Positions 39,059 through 48,355 of a stretch of DNA of 64,000 nucleotides are shown here, piece by piece. Both the position numbers and the translations under genes were made by a program. The first letter of the stretch is position 1; each line of letters begins with the position of its first letter. Source of the stretch: Tagaea sp. (GTDB lineage: Bacteria > Pseudomonadota > Alphaproteobacteria > CACIAM-22H2); contig CBDIIB010000004.1 in NCBI GenBank assembly GCA_965279525.1, positions 640,001-704,000 of the forward strand, written 5' to 3'. The notes below the pieces were generated by a model. The model had not been told where the DNA came from. It did not search any database and saw nothing but the letters and a program-made list of their open reading frames with translations.

Positions 39059-39445
39059 TCAGAAGTCGCCGAGGACGGTGGCGATCTTGCCCTTGAGCGT
39101 CGCGGCGTTGAACGGCTTGACGATGTAGTTGTTGACCCCTGCCTGCTTGGCCGCGATCACGTTCTCGGTCTTGCTCTCGGCAGTGACCATGATGAACGGG
39201 ATGTGCTTGAGCTTGGCATCGGCCCGGACTTCCTGGAGGAGCTGCAGGCCGGTCATCGGCTGCATGTTCCAGTCGGAAATGATCAGCCCGTATTCCTTGC
39301 CCTTCACCTTCTGCAATGCCGATGAGCCGTCCTCGGCTTCGTCGACATTCGTGAACCCGATCTGGTTCAGCAGGTTCTTCACGATCCTGAGCATCGTCTT
39401 GTAGTCGTCGACAATGAGGACGTTCATGCGCAGATCGACGGCCAT
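39059..39445 (-). CDS. cheY: Chemotaxis response regulator CheY
   Basis: LIVDDYKTMLRIV, ISDWNM, MVTAE, YIVKPF. Confidence 0.95.
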   Translation of the reverse strand: MAVDLRMNVLIVDDYKTMLRIVKNLLNQIGFTNVDEAEDGSSALQKVKGKEYGLIISDWNMQPMTGLQLLQEVRADAKLKHIPFIMVTAESKTENVIAAKQAGVNNYIVKPFNAATLKGKIATVLGDF

Positions 39446-39527
39446 CGTGCTTCTCCCGAACCTTGTCCAAGTTTGTGCGCGCCCGATTCCGGCGCGCGCA
39501 CGCGGACCTTATCCATAAACCTGCCGC

Positions 39528-39543
39528 GTTAAGAGGTTCCTAA
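39528..39543 (-). promoter_or_regulatory. CtrA-like box upstream of cheY-cheZ
   Basis: Minus strand TTAG-GAACCTC-TTAAC. Confidence 0.6.
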
Positions 39544-39574
39544 TCGAGCGGAAAGAAACGGTAAAGACCGTTCG

Positions 39575-40276
39575 TCAGCCGGCCCGCGCCGGGATTCGCG
39601 AGGGCGACGTGTTCTCGGGCTGCTTGCGCCGCGCGAGTTCAGCGGTAACCTGCTGCGCCCTGATCGGATTCATCTGGGCAAGGATCGGTGCCGCACGGCG
39701 TTCGTTCATCGCCTCGACGATCTCGACGAGCGTCGGCATTTCCATCTGCTCGAAGATGCGGGCGGCCTCGGTCGGCTTCATGTTCTGGAACATGCGCACG
39801 AGGCTGGTCCGGCGCGCCTGCTCCTGCTCGTCATACTTTGCGATGGCGCTCTCGACGGCGGCCTGGAGTGCTTTCAACTCCTCGACCTGCTGTTGTATGC
39901 GGCGCTCGGCGGCCTGGAGAATGGCGCCGCGCTGGTCGAGTTCGGCCTGCCGCTTGTCGATTTCCTCGCGGCGCTTCGAAAGATCCTCGAGCGCCTCGAT
40001 CTCGCCGGGACTGTACGTGCGTTCGCCTTCGCCATCGGAGCGGCCGGGCGGCTGGCGTGCCGGCTCGGGGGCGGCGGCCGGTGCGGGTGCGGCCGCGGGT
40101 GCCTGTGCAAGCTGGACCGGTCGCGGACCTTGCGGCGGTGCGGCAGGCACCGGCCGTGCCGCAGGCGCCTGCTGGGCAACCGCAACGCCGAGATCGCCAA
40201 GGCGCAGCATCAGCAGCAGTGCCGCCACGACGACAAGGACCGGCAGAAGACGGATGCGGTCGATCATTTTCCTCAC
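39575..40276 (-). CDS. motE: MotE-family flagellar protein
   Basis: RLLP signal/TM segment, coiled coil, LVRMFQNMKPTEAARIF...AAPILAQM (MgtE_N-like). Confidence 0.85.
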   Translation of the reverse strand: MRKMIDRIRLLPVLVVVAALLLMLRLGDLGVAVAQQAPAARPVPAAPPQGPRPVQLAQAPAAAPAPAAAPEPARQPPGRSDGEGERTYSPGEIEALEDLSKRREEIDKRQAELDQRGAILQAAERRIQQQVEELKALQAAVESAIAKYDEQEQARRTSLVRMFQNMKPTEAARIFEQMEMPTLVEIVEAMNERRAAPILAQMNPIRAQQVTAELARRKQPENTSPSRIPARAG

Positions 40277-40797
40277 GCGCGCGCTCCGGCCTGGGTCCCA
40301 CCCTTGCGACGGTCGGCGATCGCGCGCAGCAGTTCCTGTTCGGCAAGCGATCGGGTCGGCCCGCGCTCCAGCGGCGGTTCTGCCGCACGCATCGGCGGCA
40401 ATTCGTCGCGGGCACGGACTGCGACGTTCGAGAATTCGCGCTCGCGAATGGCGGGCGGCGCCGGCGCTTGCGCGACGGCGCGCGGGCGCAGCACATCGGA
40501 AAGCCGGTCAGCCGTCGGTTCGGCGCGATGCACGAGGATTTCGAGGTCGTCCTTCAGCGAAAGCGCCTTGCGCGTCTGGTCTTCGAGAAGGCGTCCGGAA
40601 GCTTCGCTCGCGGCCTTCAGTTCGGCGATCGCCTCTTCGGCGCGCGTCGCCGCCTTGACGAACTCGGATGTCGCGCGCTGCAGCTCGGCCTTGCCCTCGC
40701 GCCAGTTGCCCAGGCGCTTGTTGAGCAGCATCGCATAGACGATCACCGCCACCATCAGGACGGCGAGGACGCCGTTGAGCGCCAGTTCCAGGCCCAT
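40273..40797 (-). CDS. DUF6468-like membrane-anchored coiled-coil protein
   Basis: N-terminal TM then LNKRL, ATRAEEAIAELK, RSLAEQELLRAI; position between fliM and motE. Confidence 0.7.
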   Translation of the reverse strand: MGLELALNGVLAVLMVAVIVYAMLLNKRLGNWREGKAELQRATSEFVKAATRAEEAIAELKAASEASGRLLEDQTRKALSLKDDLEILVHRAEPTADRLSDVLRPRAVAQAPAPPAIREREFSNVAVRARDELPPMRAAEPPLERGPTRSLAEQELLRAIADRRKGGTQAGARA

Positions 40798-41861
40798 CAC
40801 GATTCCTCGTACTTGTTGATCTTGCGTTCGATCATCACGGCGACGTTCTGGCCGCGCCGCCCCATCCGGCCCTTGAACAGGCTTTCCGGTCCGCACAGCA
40901 CCTTGATCTCGCTTTCGGGCGTGGCGTTGAGCATCAGGCGCGTGCCGACCTTGAAGTCGAGCACGTCCTGCAGCGTCATCACCTGCTCGTCGACGACCGC
41001 GTGGATGTCCACGTCGGTCGCCCAGAGCTCGGTCGCAAGGTGGCCTTCCCAGATCGAGTCACGGCCGAACTTCTCGCCCATGAACTGCTGCAGCAGCATT
41101 TCGCGGACGGGCTCGAGCGTGGCGTAGGGCAGCAGCAGTTCGAGACGGCCGCCGCGGTCTTCCATGTCGATGCGCAGCTTCGCGATGATGGCCGCGTTCG
41201 CCGGGCGCGCGATAGTCGCGAAGCGCGGATTGGTTTCCAGCCGCTCGAAGCGGAAATTGACCTTGCTGATCGGATCGAACGAAGCCGACAGGTCGCCGAG
41301 CACGACGGCGACGAGGCGCTCGACGAGGTTGCGCTCGATGGTCGTGTAGGGCCGGCCTTCGATGCGCATCGCGGCCGTGCCGCGACGCCCGCCGAGCAGC
41401 ACGTCGACGATCGAGTAGATCAGCGCCGAGTCGACCGTCAGCAGGCCGAAATTGTCCCACTGCTCGGCCTTGAACACGGCGAGCATCGCGGGCAGCGGGA
41501 TCGAGTTGACGTAGTCGCCGAAACGGGTGGAGGTGATGACGTCGAGCGACACTTCGACGTTGTCGGACGTGAAATTGCGCAGGCTCGTCGTCAGCATTCG
41601 CACCAGACGGTCGAACACGATTTCGAGCATCGGCAGTCGCTCGTAGGAAACGAGCGCGCTGTTGATGATCGCCTGCATGCCCGACGTGCCGCCGTCGCCG
41701 CCGCCGCCGGCATCGAAACCGAGAAGGGAGTCGATCTCGTCCTGGTTCAGCACGCGCGCGGTCGCGTCGCCGCCACCGCCGCCCTGGTCGCCGCCGCCCT
41801 CCATGGACGCCCATTCGGCGGCCATCTTCTCTTCGTCGGACATGTTGTTCGGGTCGGCCAT
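40797..41861 (-). CDS. fliM: Flagellar motor switch protein FliM
   Basis: LNQDEIDSLL, YERLPMLEIVFDR, LLGG, ETNPRF, C-terminal SpoA domain. Confidence 0.97.
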   Translation of the reverse strand: MADPNNMSDEEKMAAEWASMEGGGDQGGGGGDATARVLNQDEIDSLLGFDAGGGGDGGTSGMQAIINSALVSYERLPMLEIVFDRLVRMLTTSLRNFTSDNVEVSLDVITSTRFGDYVNSIPLPAMLAVFKAEQWDNFGLLTVDSALIYSIVDVLLGGRRGTAAMRIEGRPYTTIERNLVERLVAVVLGDLSASFDPISKVNFRFERLETNPRFATIARPANAAIIAKLRIDMEDRGGRLELLLPYATLEPVREMLLQQFMGEKFGRDSIWEGHLATELWATDVDIHAVVDEQVMTLQDVLDFKVGTRLMLNATPESEIKVLCGPESLFKGRMGRRGQNVAVMIERKINKYEES

Positions 41862-41898
41862 CGTCTTCGCCTTTCGGACTTTCTTCGCTAGCGGCGCT

Positions 41899-42435
41899 TC
41901 ACTGGACGAGCATTTCCTTGAACAGCAGATCGTTCACGCGGGCCGGTGCCGCCGAAAGCTGCACGCGCGTGAGGAGTTCCTCGCGCAGCTTCAGGAAGCC
42001 GGACGACCCGCGCAGGTCTTCCGGGCGCAGTTCGCGCAGATAGATCTGGAAGTTGTCGACGATGCGCGGAAGGTTCGCCTCGAAGACGCCCGCGTCTTCC
42101 ATGCTTTTCAGTTCGACCGACAGCGTCAGCTTCAGGAACGACGTGCGCCGTCCGGCACCCGCGTTCAGGTTCACGAGCAGGTCGGGGAGATTGTAATAGA
42201 CGATCTTCTGCGGACCCGTGGGTTCGGGTTCGACATGCGGCTTGTCGGCAACCTGCTCTTCGGGCTTCGGGCCGGAAAAGAGGAAGAAGTACGCGCCGAC
42301 GCCGCCGCCGAGCAGAAGCACGACGGCAGCGCCGATGATGATCAGCAGCTTTCCGGAAAGCAGCTTCTTCTTGGGTTCCGCACCGTCAGCCGGTGCGCCC
42401 TCCTCGCCGCCATCTTTCGCTTCGTCGTCCGCCAT
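41899..42435 (-). CDS. fliL: Flagellar basal-body protein FliL (copy adjacent to fliM)
   Basis: TM helix, LPDLLVNL, PRIVDNFQIYLRELRPEDLRGSSG, LLFKEMLVQ. Confidence 0.93.
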   Translation of the reverse strand: MADDEAKDGGEEGAPADGAEPKKKLLSGKLLIIIGAAVVLLLGGGVGAYFFLFSGPKPEEQVADKPHVEPEPTGPQKIVYYNLPDLLVNLNAGAGRRTSFLKLTLSVELKSMEDAGVFEANLPRIVDNFQIYLRELRPEDLRGSSGFLKLREELLTRVQLSAAPARVNDLLFKEMLVQ

Positions 42436-42467
42436 TGGCATCCTTCAATCCGACCTGTCGAATCTTG

Positions 42468-42524
42468 GCCGGATTTATCTAAACTTCCGAATAATATGCC
42501 AAGCGAAGGTTAACAAGCCGTTAT
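42468..42524 (-). promoter_or_regulatory. fliL promoter block with CtrA-like box (copy A)
   Basis: ttaa-caagccg-ttat at 42510-42524; 40/56 ungapped identity with 43145..43200. Confidence 0.65.
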
Positions 42525-42591
42525 CGTCAACTCGAAACGACGTTAGGTTAGTGACCTAATTAATTAAACGTAAACAATAAAATGCCGAATA

Positions 42592-43101
42592 CTATTGCAC
42601 CAAAATTTCTCGGAACAGCACGTCGTTCACGCGTGCGGGAGCTGCCGAAACCTTGATTCGGACAAGCAATTCCTCGCGCAGGCGGGTAAGCCCGGCCGAT
42701 CCACGCAAGTCCTCGGGCCGCAGCTCGCGAAGATAGGTGATCAACGTATCGAGGACACGCGGCAGCGATTCCTCGTACGCCGGCACATCGGCTTCGACGA
42801 TCTCGACCGTCGAGGTGAGCTTGACGAACGCGCCGCGGGCATTGGGCGGGGTGTTGAGGTTCACGAGCACGTCCGGCATCGCGTAGATCGTCGTCTTGGG
42901 CGGCGGCTCGACCTTTTCGGCAACGACCTCGCCTTCCTCCGGCTTCGCGCCGAAGAAGCCGAGGAAATACGCCGCCCCGCCACCTGCGAGAAGCAGCAGG
43001 ATCGGCACGATGATGATGATGAGCTTCTTGCCGGATAGCTTTTTCTTGGGTGCTTCCGCGCCCTCGACTTCGCCTTCCGCTGCTGCTGCCGGTTCGGCCA
43101 T
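42592..43101 (-). CDS. fliL: Flagellar basal-body protein FliL (second tandem copy)
   Basis: TM helix, MPDVLVNL, PRVLDTLITYLRELRPEDLRGSAG, VLFREILVQ. Confidence 0.92.
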   Translation of the reverse strand: MAEPAAAAEGEVEGAEAPKKKLSGKKLIIIIVPILLLLAGGGAAYFLGFFGAKPEEGEVVAEKVEPPPKTTIYAMPDVLVNLNTPPNARGAFVKLTSTVEIVEADVPAYEESLPRVLDTLITYLRELRPEDLRGSAGLTRLREELLVRIKVSAAPARVNDVLFREILVQ

Positions 43102-43144
43102 GAAGCTGCCCTGGGATTCCTTGCGAATCGTCCGCGTAAGGTAC

Positions 43145-43201
43145 GCCGAATTTATCTAAAGTTCCGCCTATCTTGCCACGGACTGGTTAACGTCCGGTTA
43201 G
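43145..43201 (-). promoter_or_regulatory. fliL promoter block with CtrA-like box (copy B)
   Basis: ttaa-cgtccgg-ttag at 43187-43201; homologous to 42468..42523. Confidence 0.65.
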
Positions 43202-43209
43202 CGGGCGGA

Positions 43210-43704
43210 TCAGCGCGGCCGGGACCTGAGCAGCGTGCGAAGGGCTTCAAGCTCGTCGACGACGGACTGGATCGTCGAACGATCGGCACCGCGCGCGGCC
43301 ACGGGTGCCGCAGCAGGTGAAGGCATCGCGACGGCAACCGCCGCCGGCGGCGTGACGACAAGCGGCCTTGGGATGATCGGCGACGAAGAGACAGCCGGGC
43401 CAGGAACCGGCATGTCGGCAAGCCCATGGTCCTTGAGCAGCCGCTGGACGCCCTTGATCGTGTAGCCGTGCTTGTAGAGAAGCTCGCGGATCCGGCGCAG
43501 CAGTTCGACGTCTTCTGGGCGGTAATAGCGCCGTCCGCCGGCGCGCTTCAGCGGCTTGATCTGCGCGAACCGCGTCTCCCAGAAACGCAGGACATGCTGG
43601 GGAACGTCGAGATCGCCGGCGACTTCGCTGATCGTGCGGAACGCATCGGCCGACTTCCCGCCCCGCCGCAGGACGGGTGCGCTCTCGGCGAAGGGCTCGG
43701 CCAT
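43210..43704 (-). CDS. MerR-family HTH protein
   Basis: [41 protein letters not shown]; usual neighbour of ihfA. Confidence 0.92.
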   Translation of the reverse strand: MAEPFAESAPVLRRGGKSADAFRTISEVAGDLDVPQHVLRFWETRFAQIKPLKRAGGRRYYRPEDVELLRRIRELLYKHGYTIKGVQRLLKDHGLADMPVPGPAVSSSPIIPRPLVVTPPAAVAVAMPSPAAAPVAARGADRSTIQSVVDELEALRTLLRSRPR

Positions 43705-43710
43705 CGGGCC

Positions 43711-44097
43711 TTAGCCCTTGGTCGGCGTGGAACCGGGTTGGCCCGGCGCCTTGGGCGGCGCTGCCGGTGCGGCCAGTGCCGGAGTGGCCTGGCTCGCCTT
43801 CGTCATCGTTCGGTTGATCTTGTTCTTGAGCACGTGCGACGCGCGGAACACGAGCACGCGGCGCGGAAGGATCGGCACTTCCTCGCCGGTTTTCGGGTTG
43901 CGCCCGACGCGCTTGCCCTTCTGGCGGACCGAGAAGCTTCCGAATGACGAAATCTTGACGGTCTCGCCGCGCGTCAGCGCATCGACGATTTCACCAAGGA
44001 CCGTCTCGACGAGGGTTGCCGAATCATTCCTCGAAAGACCGACTTCCTGGTAAACGGCCTCCGAAAGGTCGGCGCGCGTAACCGTGGTCTCCGACAT
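43711..44097 (-). CDS. ihfA: Integration host factor subunit alpha
   Basis: [30 protein letters not shown]. Confidence 0.97.
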   Translation of the reverse strand: MSETTVTRADLSEAVYQEVGLSRNDSATLVETVLGEIVDALTRGETVKISSFGSFSVRQKGKRVGRNPKTGEEVPILPRRVLVFRASHVLKNKINRTMTKASQATPALAAPAAPPKAPGQPGSTPTKG

Positions 44098-44130
44098 AGC
44101 AATCCCCCGGCGAAAATTGACTTATGCGAA

Positions 44131-44159
44131 ATGCTAGCCCACGGACCGAAACCGGTCAA
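44131..44159 (-). promoter_or_regulatory. Sigma70-type promoter of ihfA
   Basis: TTGACC-N17-TAGCAT on the minus strand. Confidence 0.6.
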
Positions 44160-44210
44160 ATACAAAGGGATGGCGGCCGGAGTTGAATCAAACCCTGCGG
44201 TATCGAAGGC

Positions 44211-45197
44211 CTACCAGCGGATGACGCTGGCGCCCCAGGTAAGGCCGCCGCCGATCGCCTCGAGCAACACGAGCTGGCCCTGCTTGATCCGCCCGTCGCC
44301 GGCCGCTTCGGCCAGCGCCAGCGGGATCGAGGCGGCCGACGTGTTGGCGTGACGCGCGACGGTCGACACCACGCGCTCGGGGCCGAGCCCCAGCTTCTTG
44401 GCCATTCCGTCGATGATGCGCTGGTTGGCCTGGTGCGGGACCAGCCAGTCGATGTCCTTGCCGGTGAGGCCGTTGGCGCCGAGCGCCTCCTCGACGACTT
44501 CGGCCAGCTTGACGACGGCATGGCGGAACACTTCCTGCCCGTTCATCCGCACGACGCCGACCTCGCGGTTCGAGCCCGGGCCGCCGGTGACGAAAAGCGC
44601 GTCCTTGTAGCGGCCGTCCGAATGCAGGTGGCTCGACAGGATGCCGCGGCCCGTGGCGTCGTCCGGCACCTGTTCGGCGCGCAGCACGACCGCCCCTGCC
44701 CCGTCGCCGAACAGCACGCAGGTCGTGCGGTCCTGCCAGTCGAGGATGCGCGTGAAGGTCTCGGCCCCGATCACCAGCGCGTTCTGGACCTGCCCGACCC
44801 GGATGAAATTGTCGGCGATCGACATCGCGTAGACGAATCCCGAGCACACCGCCTGAACGTCGAACGCGAAGCCGTGGCCGTTCATGCCGAGCTTGGCCTG
44901 GACGGCGGTCGCGGTCGCCGGGAACGTGTTGTCGGGCGTCGTCGTCGCGACGATGACGAGATCGATCTTGTCGGCCGGGATACCTGCGTTTGCCAGCGCC
45001 CGCTTGGCCGCCTCGGTGGCGAGGTCGGACGTGCGCTCGTCCTCGGCGGCGATGTGGCGCTGGCGGATGCCGGTGCGCGCGACGATCCACTCGTCCGTCG
45101 TTTCGACGCGCTTGGAAAGCGCTTCGTTCGTGACGACGTTGGCGGGCAGATAGGCGCCCGTTCCGCAAACCACCGAACGACGAATCGTGCCAGGCAT
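44211..45197 (-). CDS. fabH: Beta-ketoacyl-ACP synthase III
   Basis: [35 protein letters not shown]. Confidence 0.97.
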   Translation of the reverse strand: MPGTIRRSVVCGTGAYLPANVVTNEALSKRVETTDEWIVARTGIRQRHIAAEDERTSDLATEAAKRALANAGIPADKIDLVIVATTTPDNTFPATATAVQAKLGMNGHGFAFDVQAVCSGFVYAMSIADNFIRVGQVQNALVIGAETFTRILDWQDRTTCVLFGDGAGAVVLRAEQVPDDATGRGILSSHLHSDGRYKDALFVTGGPGSNREVGVVRMNGQEVFRHAVVKLAEVVEEALGANGLTGKDIDWLVPHQANQRIIDGMAKKLGLGPERVVSTVARHANTSAASIPLALAEAAGDGRIKQGQLVLLEAIGGGLTWGASVIRW

Positions 45198-45205
45198 CTT
45201 CGTCC

Positions 45206-46249
45206 TCAGCCCGTCGCCAGCTGCGGGGACGGCGGCGGCGCCAGATGCGCCAGCTCGTCGCGAATCTTCTCGTTGAGACCGTGCGTGATCATGTCGACCG
45301 CGACGCCGAGCGCGTTGGCGAAGCCGAGCGCGTCGGTTCCGCCATGGCTCTTCACGACGATCCCGTTGAGGCCCACGAACATGGCGCCGTTGTAGCGGCG
45401 CGGATCGACGCGCAGGCGGACCTTCTTGATGGCCGACTGCGCCAGCAGGTAGCCCAGCTTGGCGAAGATCGACGAAGAGAACGCGCCCTTGAGGAAACCG
45501 GAATAGAGCTTCGACGTCCCTTCGGCGATCTTCAGCGCGATGTTGCCCGTGAACCCGTCGGTCACCACCACGTCGACCGTGCCCGCAGGCACGTCGTCGC
45601 CTTCCACGAAGCCGTGGAAACGGATCGGCAGATGCGTTTCCCGCAGCCAGGCGGCGGCGTTGCGCAGTTCTTCGTGGCCCTTCATTTCTTCCGAGCCGAC
45701 ATTGAGCAGGCCGACGCTGGGCTGGGCAAGGCCAAGCACCGAGCGCGCGAACACCTCGCCCATGATCGCGAACTGGACGAGGTTGTTGGTGTCGCACTGG
45801 ACGTTGGCGCCGAGGTCGAGCATGACGCTCTCGCCGCGCGTCGTGGGAAACAGCGATGCGATCGCCGGCCGGTCGATGCCCGGCAGGGTCTTGAGGACGA
45901 ACTTCGCCATCGCCATCAGGGCGCCGGTATTGCCTGCCGAAACGATGCCGGCGGCTTCGCCGTCGCGCACCGCGTCGATGGCAAGACGCATGCTCGACTT
46001 GCGGCCCGAGCGCAACGCGATCGCGGGCTTCGCGTCGCTCGCGACGAAGTCGGAGGTATGGACGATCCGTGCCGTCTTCTTGAGATAGCGCGTGGCCGCC
46101 ACGAGCGGCGCCACCTTCGCCTCATCGCCGAAAAGCAGGAACTCGACGAACGGGTGGCGCTCCTGAGCCAGGTCGCAGCCGGCGATCGCCATGCCGGGGG
46201 CGCTGTCGCCCCCCATCGCGTCGACGGACAACACGAGCCGCTGGCTCAA
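45206..46249 (-). CDS. plsX: Phosphate acyltransferase PlsX
   Basis: [35 protein letters not shown]; TTG start. Confidence 0.97.
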   Translation of the reverse strand: MSQRLVLSVDAMGGDSAPGMAIAGCDLAQERHPFVEFLLFGDEAKVAPLVAATRYLKKTARIVHTSDFVASDAKPAIALRSGRKSSMRLAIDAVRDGEAAGIVSAGNTGALMAMAKFVLKTLPGIDRPAIASLFPTTRGESVMLDLGANVQCDTNNLVQFAIMGEVFARSVLGLAQPSVGLLNVGSEEMKGHEELRNAAAWLRETHLPIRFHGFVEGDDVPAGTVDVVVTDGFTGNIALKIAEGTSKLYSGFLKGAFSSSIFAKLGYLLAQSAIKKVRLRVDPRRYNGAMFVGLNGIVVKSHGGTDALGFANALGVAVDMITHGLNEKIRDELAHLAPPPSPQLATG

Positions 46250-46286
46250 GATCGTTGGCCCCCTGGCCTAGCGGCGTGACGCAGGC

Positions 46287-46475
46287 TTAAGCCTGCGCCG
46301 GTTCGGACGCGACGACTTCGCGCCCGTCATAGAATCCGCACGCGCCGCAGATATGGTGCGGGCGCTTCAGTTCGCCGCAATTCGGGCACTCGGCATACGA
46401 CGCCGCCGAAAGGGCGTGGTGCGAGCGGCGCATGTTGCGACGCGAGGGAGAAACTTTCTTCTTGGGAACCGCCAT
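46287..46475 (-). CDS. rpmF: 50S ribosomal protein L32 (zinc-ribbon form)
   Basis: [23 protein letters not shown]...CGAC. Confidence 0.97.
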   Translation of the reverse strand: MAVPKKKVSPSRRNMRRSHHALSAASYAECPNCGELKRPHHICGACGFYDGREVVASEPAQA

Positions 46476-46605
46476 GACACAACCTCGTCCAAGAGCCGAC
46501 GCACGATGCGTACGACCCTGTAAAACCAAAACGTCGTCCGGAATTCAGGGGCCTAGATAGACAATTCCGGGCCGCCGCTCAAGCCTTCTTTCGCCCGGAT
46601 CGAGG

Positions 46606-47175
46606 CTATTTTTCCTTTTTAAGTCTTGCCTTCAGATCGGCGAATGGCCGGATCTTGCCTTCCGGCGGGGCACTTGCCGCCTCGGCCGGCGCGTCTTCCC
46701 CCCAGGTCTGGGTAAAGGCGGCACCCGGCGCGCGCGGATAGGGATCGAGAGCGACCGCGAACTCCTGTGCGACCAGTTCGCCCAGATCGAGCGGACCTTC
46801 GGGAAGGGGCTCCTCGAGTTCCTCCTCGGGGTCGATGGCATCGAGATCGACATCCCCGGCCTCGTCCACCGGCAGCGGCTTCAGGTCTTCGGGCGGAACG
46901 AACACGACCGAAAACGACTCGTCCATCGTCTGCGCGACCGGTTGCAACGAGACGACGCAGGCTTGCGAAAGGCTGGCGCGGATACGTCCTTCGACCCGGA
47001 CCGCCCTGCCCGCACGCACACGCTGGAGCTTGAGTTCGGCCGCGAGCCGCCCGATGCCGAGGATGCCGAAGCGCGCGGCAAGGGCGACGCGCTCGGGCCC
47101 ATCGGCTTCGATCCGCTGGTGCACCGCCCGGTCGCGCAGCGCATCCAGCGCCAAAGGCCGCATGAATTCGGTCAT
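46606..47175 (-). CDS. yceD: YceD/DUF177-family protein
   Basis: QACVVSLQPV, LDLGELVAQEFAVALDPYPR, PFADLK. Confidence 0.9.
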   Translation of the reverse strand: MTEFMRPLALDALRDRAVHQRIEADGPERVALAARFGILGIGRLAAELKLQRVRAGRAVRVEGRIRASLSQACVVSLQPVAQTMDESFSVVFVPPEDLKPLPVDEAGDVDLDAIDPEEELEEPLPEGPLDLGELVAQEFAVALDPYPRAPGAAFTQTWGEDAPAEAASAPPEGKIRPFADLKARLKKEK

Positions 47176-47715
47176 GCCGGCACCGCCGGTTCCGGAAACG
47201 CGATCCGCCCTTCGGTAACATCCTGGTCGGCCAGTGCCGCGATCGCGGCGCGCACATAGCGCGCAGCGGCAGCGAGGCTCGCCGGCGGAGTCGTCTCGCG
47301 CGTTCCATAGAGGTTGCGGGCGAGTGCGGCCACGAGGCGCGTATCGTCCGGATCGGCGACGGCTTCCTCGTAGACGGCCGCACGGCCATAGAGCGCCTGC
47401 GCCATCTGCTTCACGCGGCGCGACACGCCCATGTCGCCGACACCGAGTTCGCGCACCGAGCGGTCCATGTCGTCGACGAAAGCGTCGACGAGATTCTGCG
47501 CGAGTGCTGCGGCCGCCGCATTTTCCTCGCGCTTGAGCCGGTTGAGGACGAGGAACGCGTGCAGCGCCACTGAGTCGAACCGGCCGTCGAGCGAATCGGG
47601 CACGTCGAGACGCGCATAGAAATCCGGATGCCTGGCCTGGGACACCAGCCCGACATAGAGGGCATGCGCCGCATCCTTGGCGGCATCGCGCCGAAAAAAG
47701 CCTCGAAAACACCAT
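47172..47715 (-). CDS. Ubiquinol-cytochrome c chaperone (Cbp3/UQCC1 family), apparently frameshifted by one base near the start
   Basis: VSQARHPDFY, VPDSLDGRFD..ALH, DMDRSVRELGVGD. The only plausible start (ATG 47715) is out of frame by one nt across T4/T6 runs. Confidence 0.8.
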
Positions 47716-47824
47716 TCTTGAACCCTTTGTCCGCCGGGGCCGGCGCCACCCGTTGACAGATGCTTCCCCCCGGCCCAACTTCCCGGAGCAAGATGTGGGC
47801 AAAGGCGCCCGGAGATCAACGACG

Positions 47825-48274
47825 ATGCGCGCAAGACAGGCAATCGCGGCCGGAATCATGGCTCTGACGCTGGGCGGGTGCGAGTTCGGCTTCACCGACC
47901 TGCGCGGCTATGTGCCCGACGAAGAACAGCTGGCACAGCTCGAACCGGGCCGCCAGACGCGCGACGACGTGCAGCAGCTTCTTGGCTCGCCCGCCTCGCA
48001 AGGCGTCTTCGACGCCGAGCAGAGCTGGTACTACATCATGCGCAGGACCTACCAGATCGCCTTCTTCGAGCCCGAAGTGCTCGACCAGAAGGTCGTCGTC
48101 GTCCATTTCGACAATGACGGGACCCTGCGCGACGTGCGCCGCTACAGCCTCGAAGACGGCCTGGTCGTCGATCCGGTGACGCGCGAGACGCCGGCCCCGG
48201 GCAAGGAACTGACCTTCGTCGAGCAGCTTCTGGGCAATCTCGGAAAATTCAACAAGGCGACGCCCGCCCGCTAG
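47825..48274 (+). CDS. bamE: Outer membrane protein assembly factor BamE
   Basis: Lipobox LGGC, RGY, TRDDVQQLLGSP, WYY, TP..GKELTFVEQLLGNLG; TTGACA at 47753 upstream. Confidence 0.92.
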   Translation: MRARQAIAAGIMALTLGGCEFGFTDLRGYVPDEEQLAQLEPGRQTRDDVQQLLGSPASQGVFDAEQSWYYIMRRTYQIAFFEPEVLDQKVVVVHFDNDGTLRDVRRYSLEDGLVVDPVTRETPAPGKELTFVEQLLGNLGKFNKATPAR

Positions 48275-48294
48275 CCGGCAGCGGTCGGACCGAC

Positions 48295-48333
48295 GAAAAA
48301 GGCCCCGGGATTGCTCCCGGGGCCTTTCGTCTT
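48295..48333. terminator. Bidirectional terminator between bamE and hppA
   Basis: aaaggccccggga-ttgc-tcccggggccttt with A/T tracts on both sides. Confidence 0.85.
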
Positions 48334-48355
48334 TGGACTTTCCGTTCGTCCGCGA

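Noticed and set aside
39509-39517. DnaA-box-like ttatccata
   Set aside because: Single imperfect copy with no box cluster or origin-associated genes.
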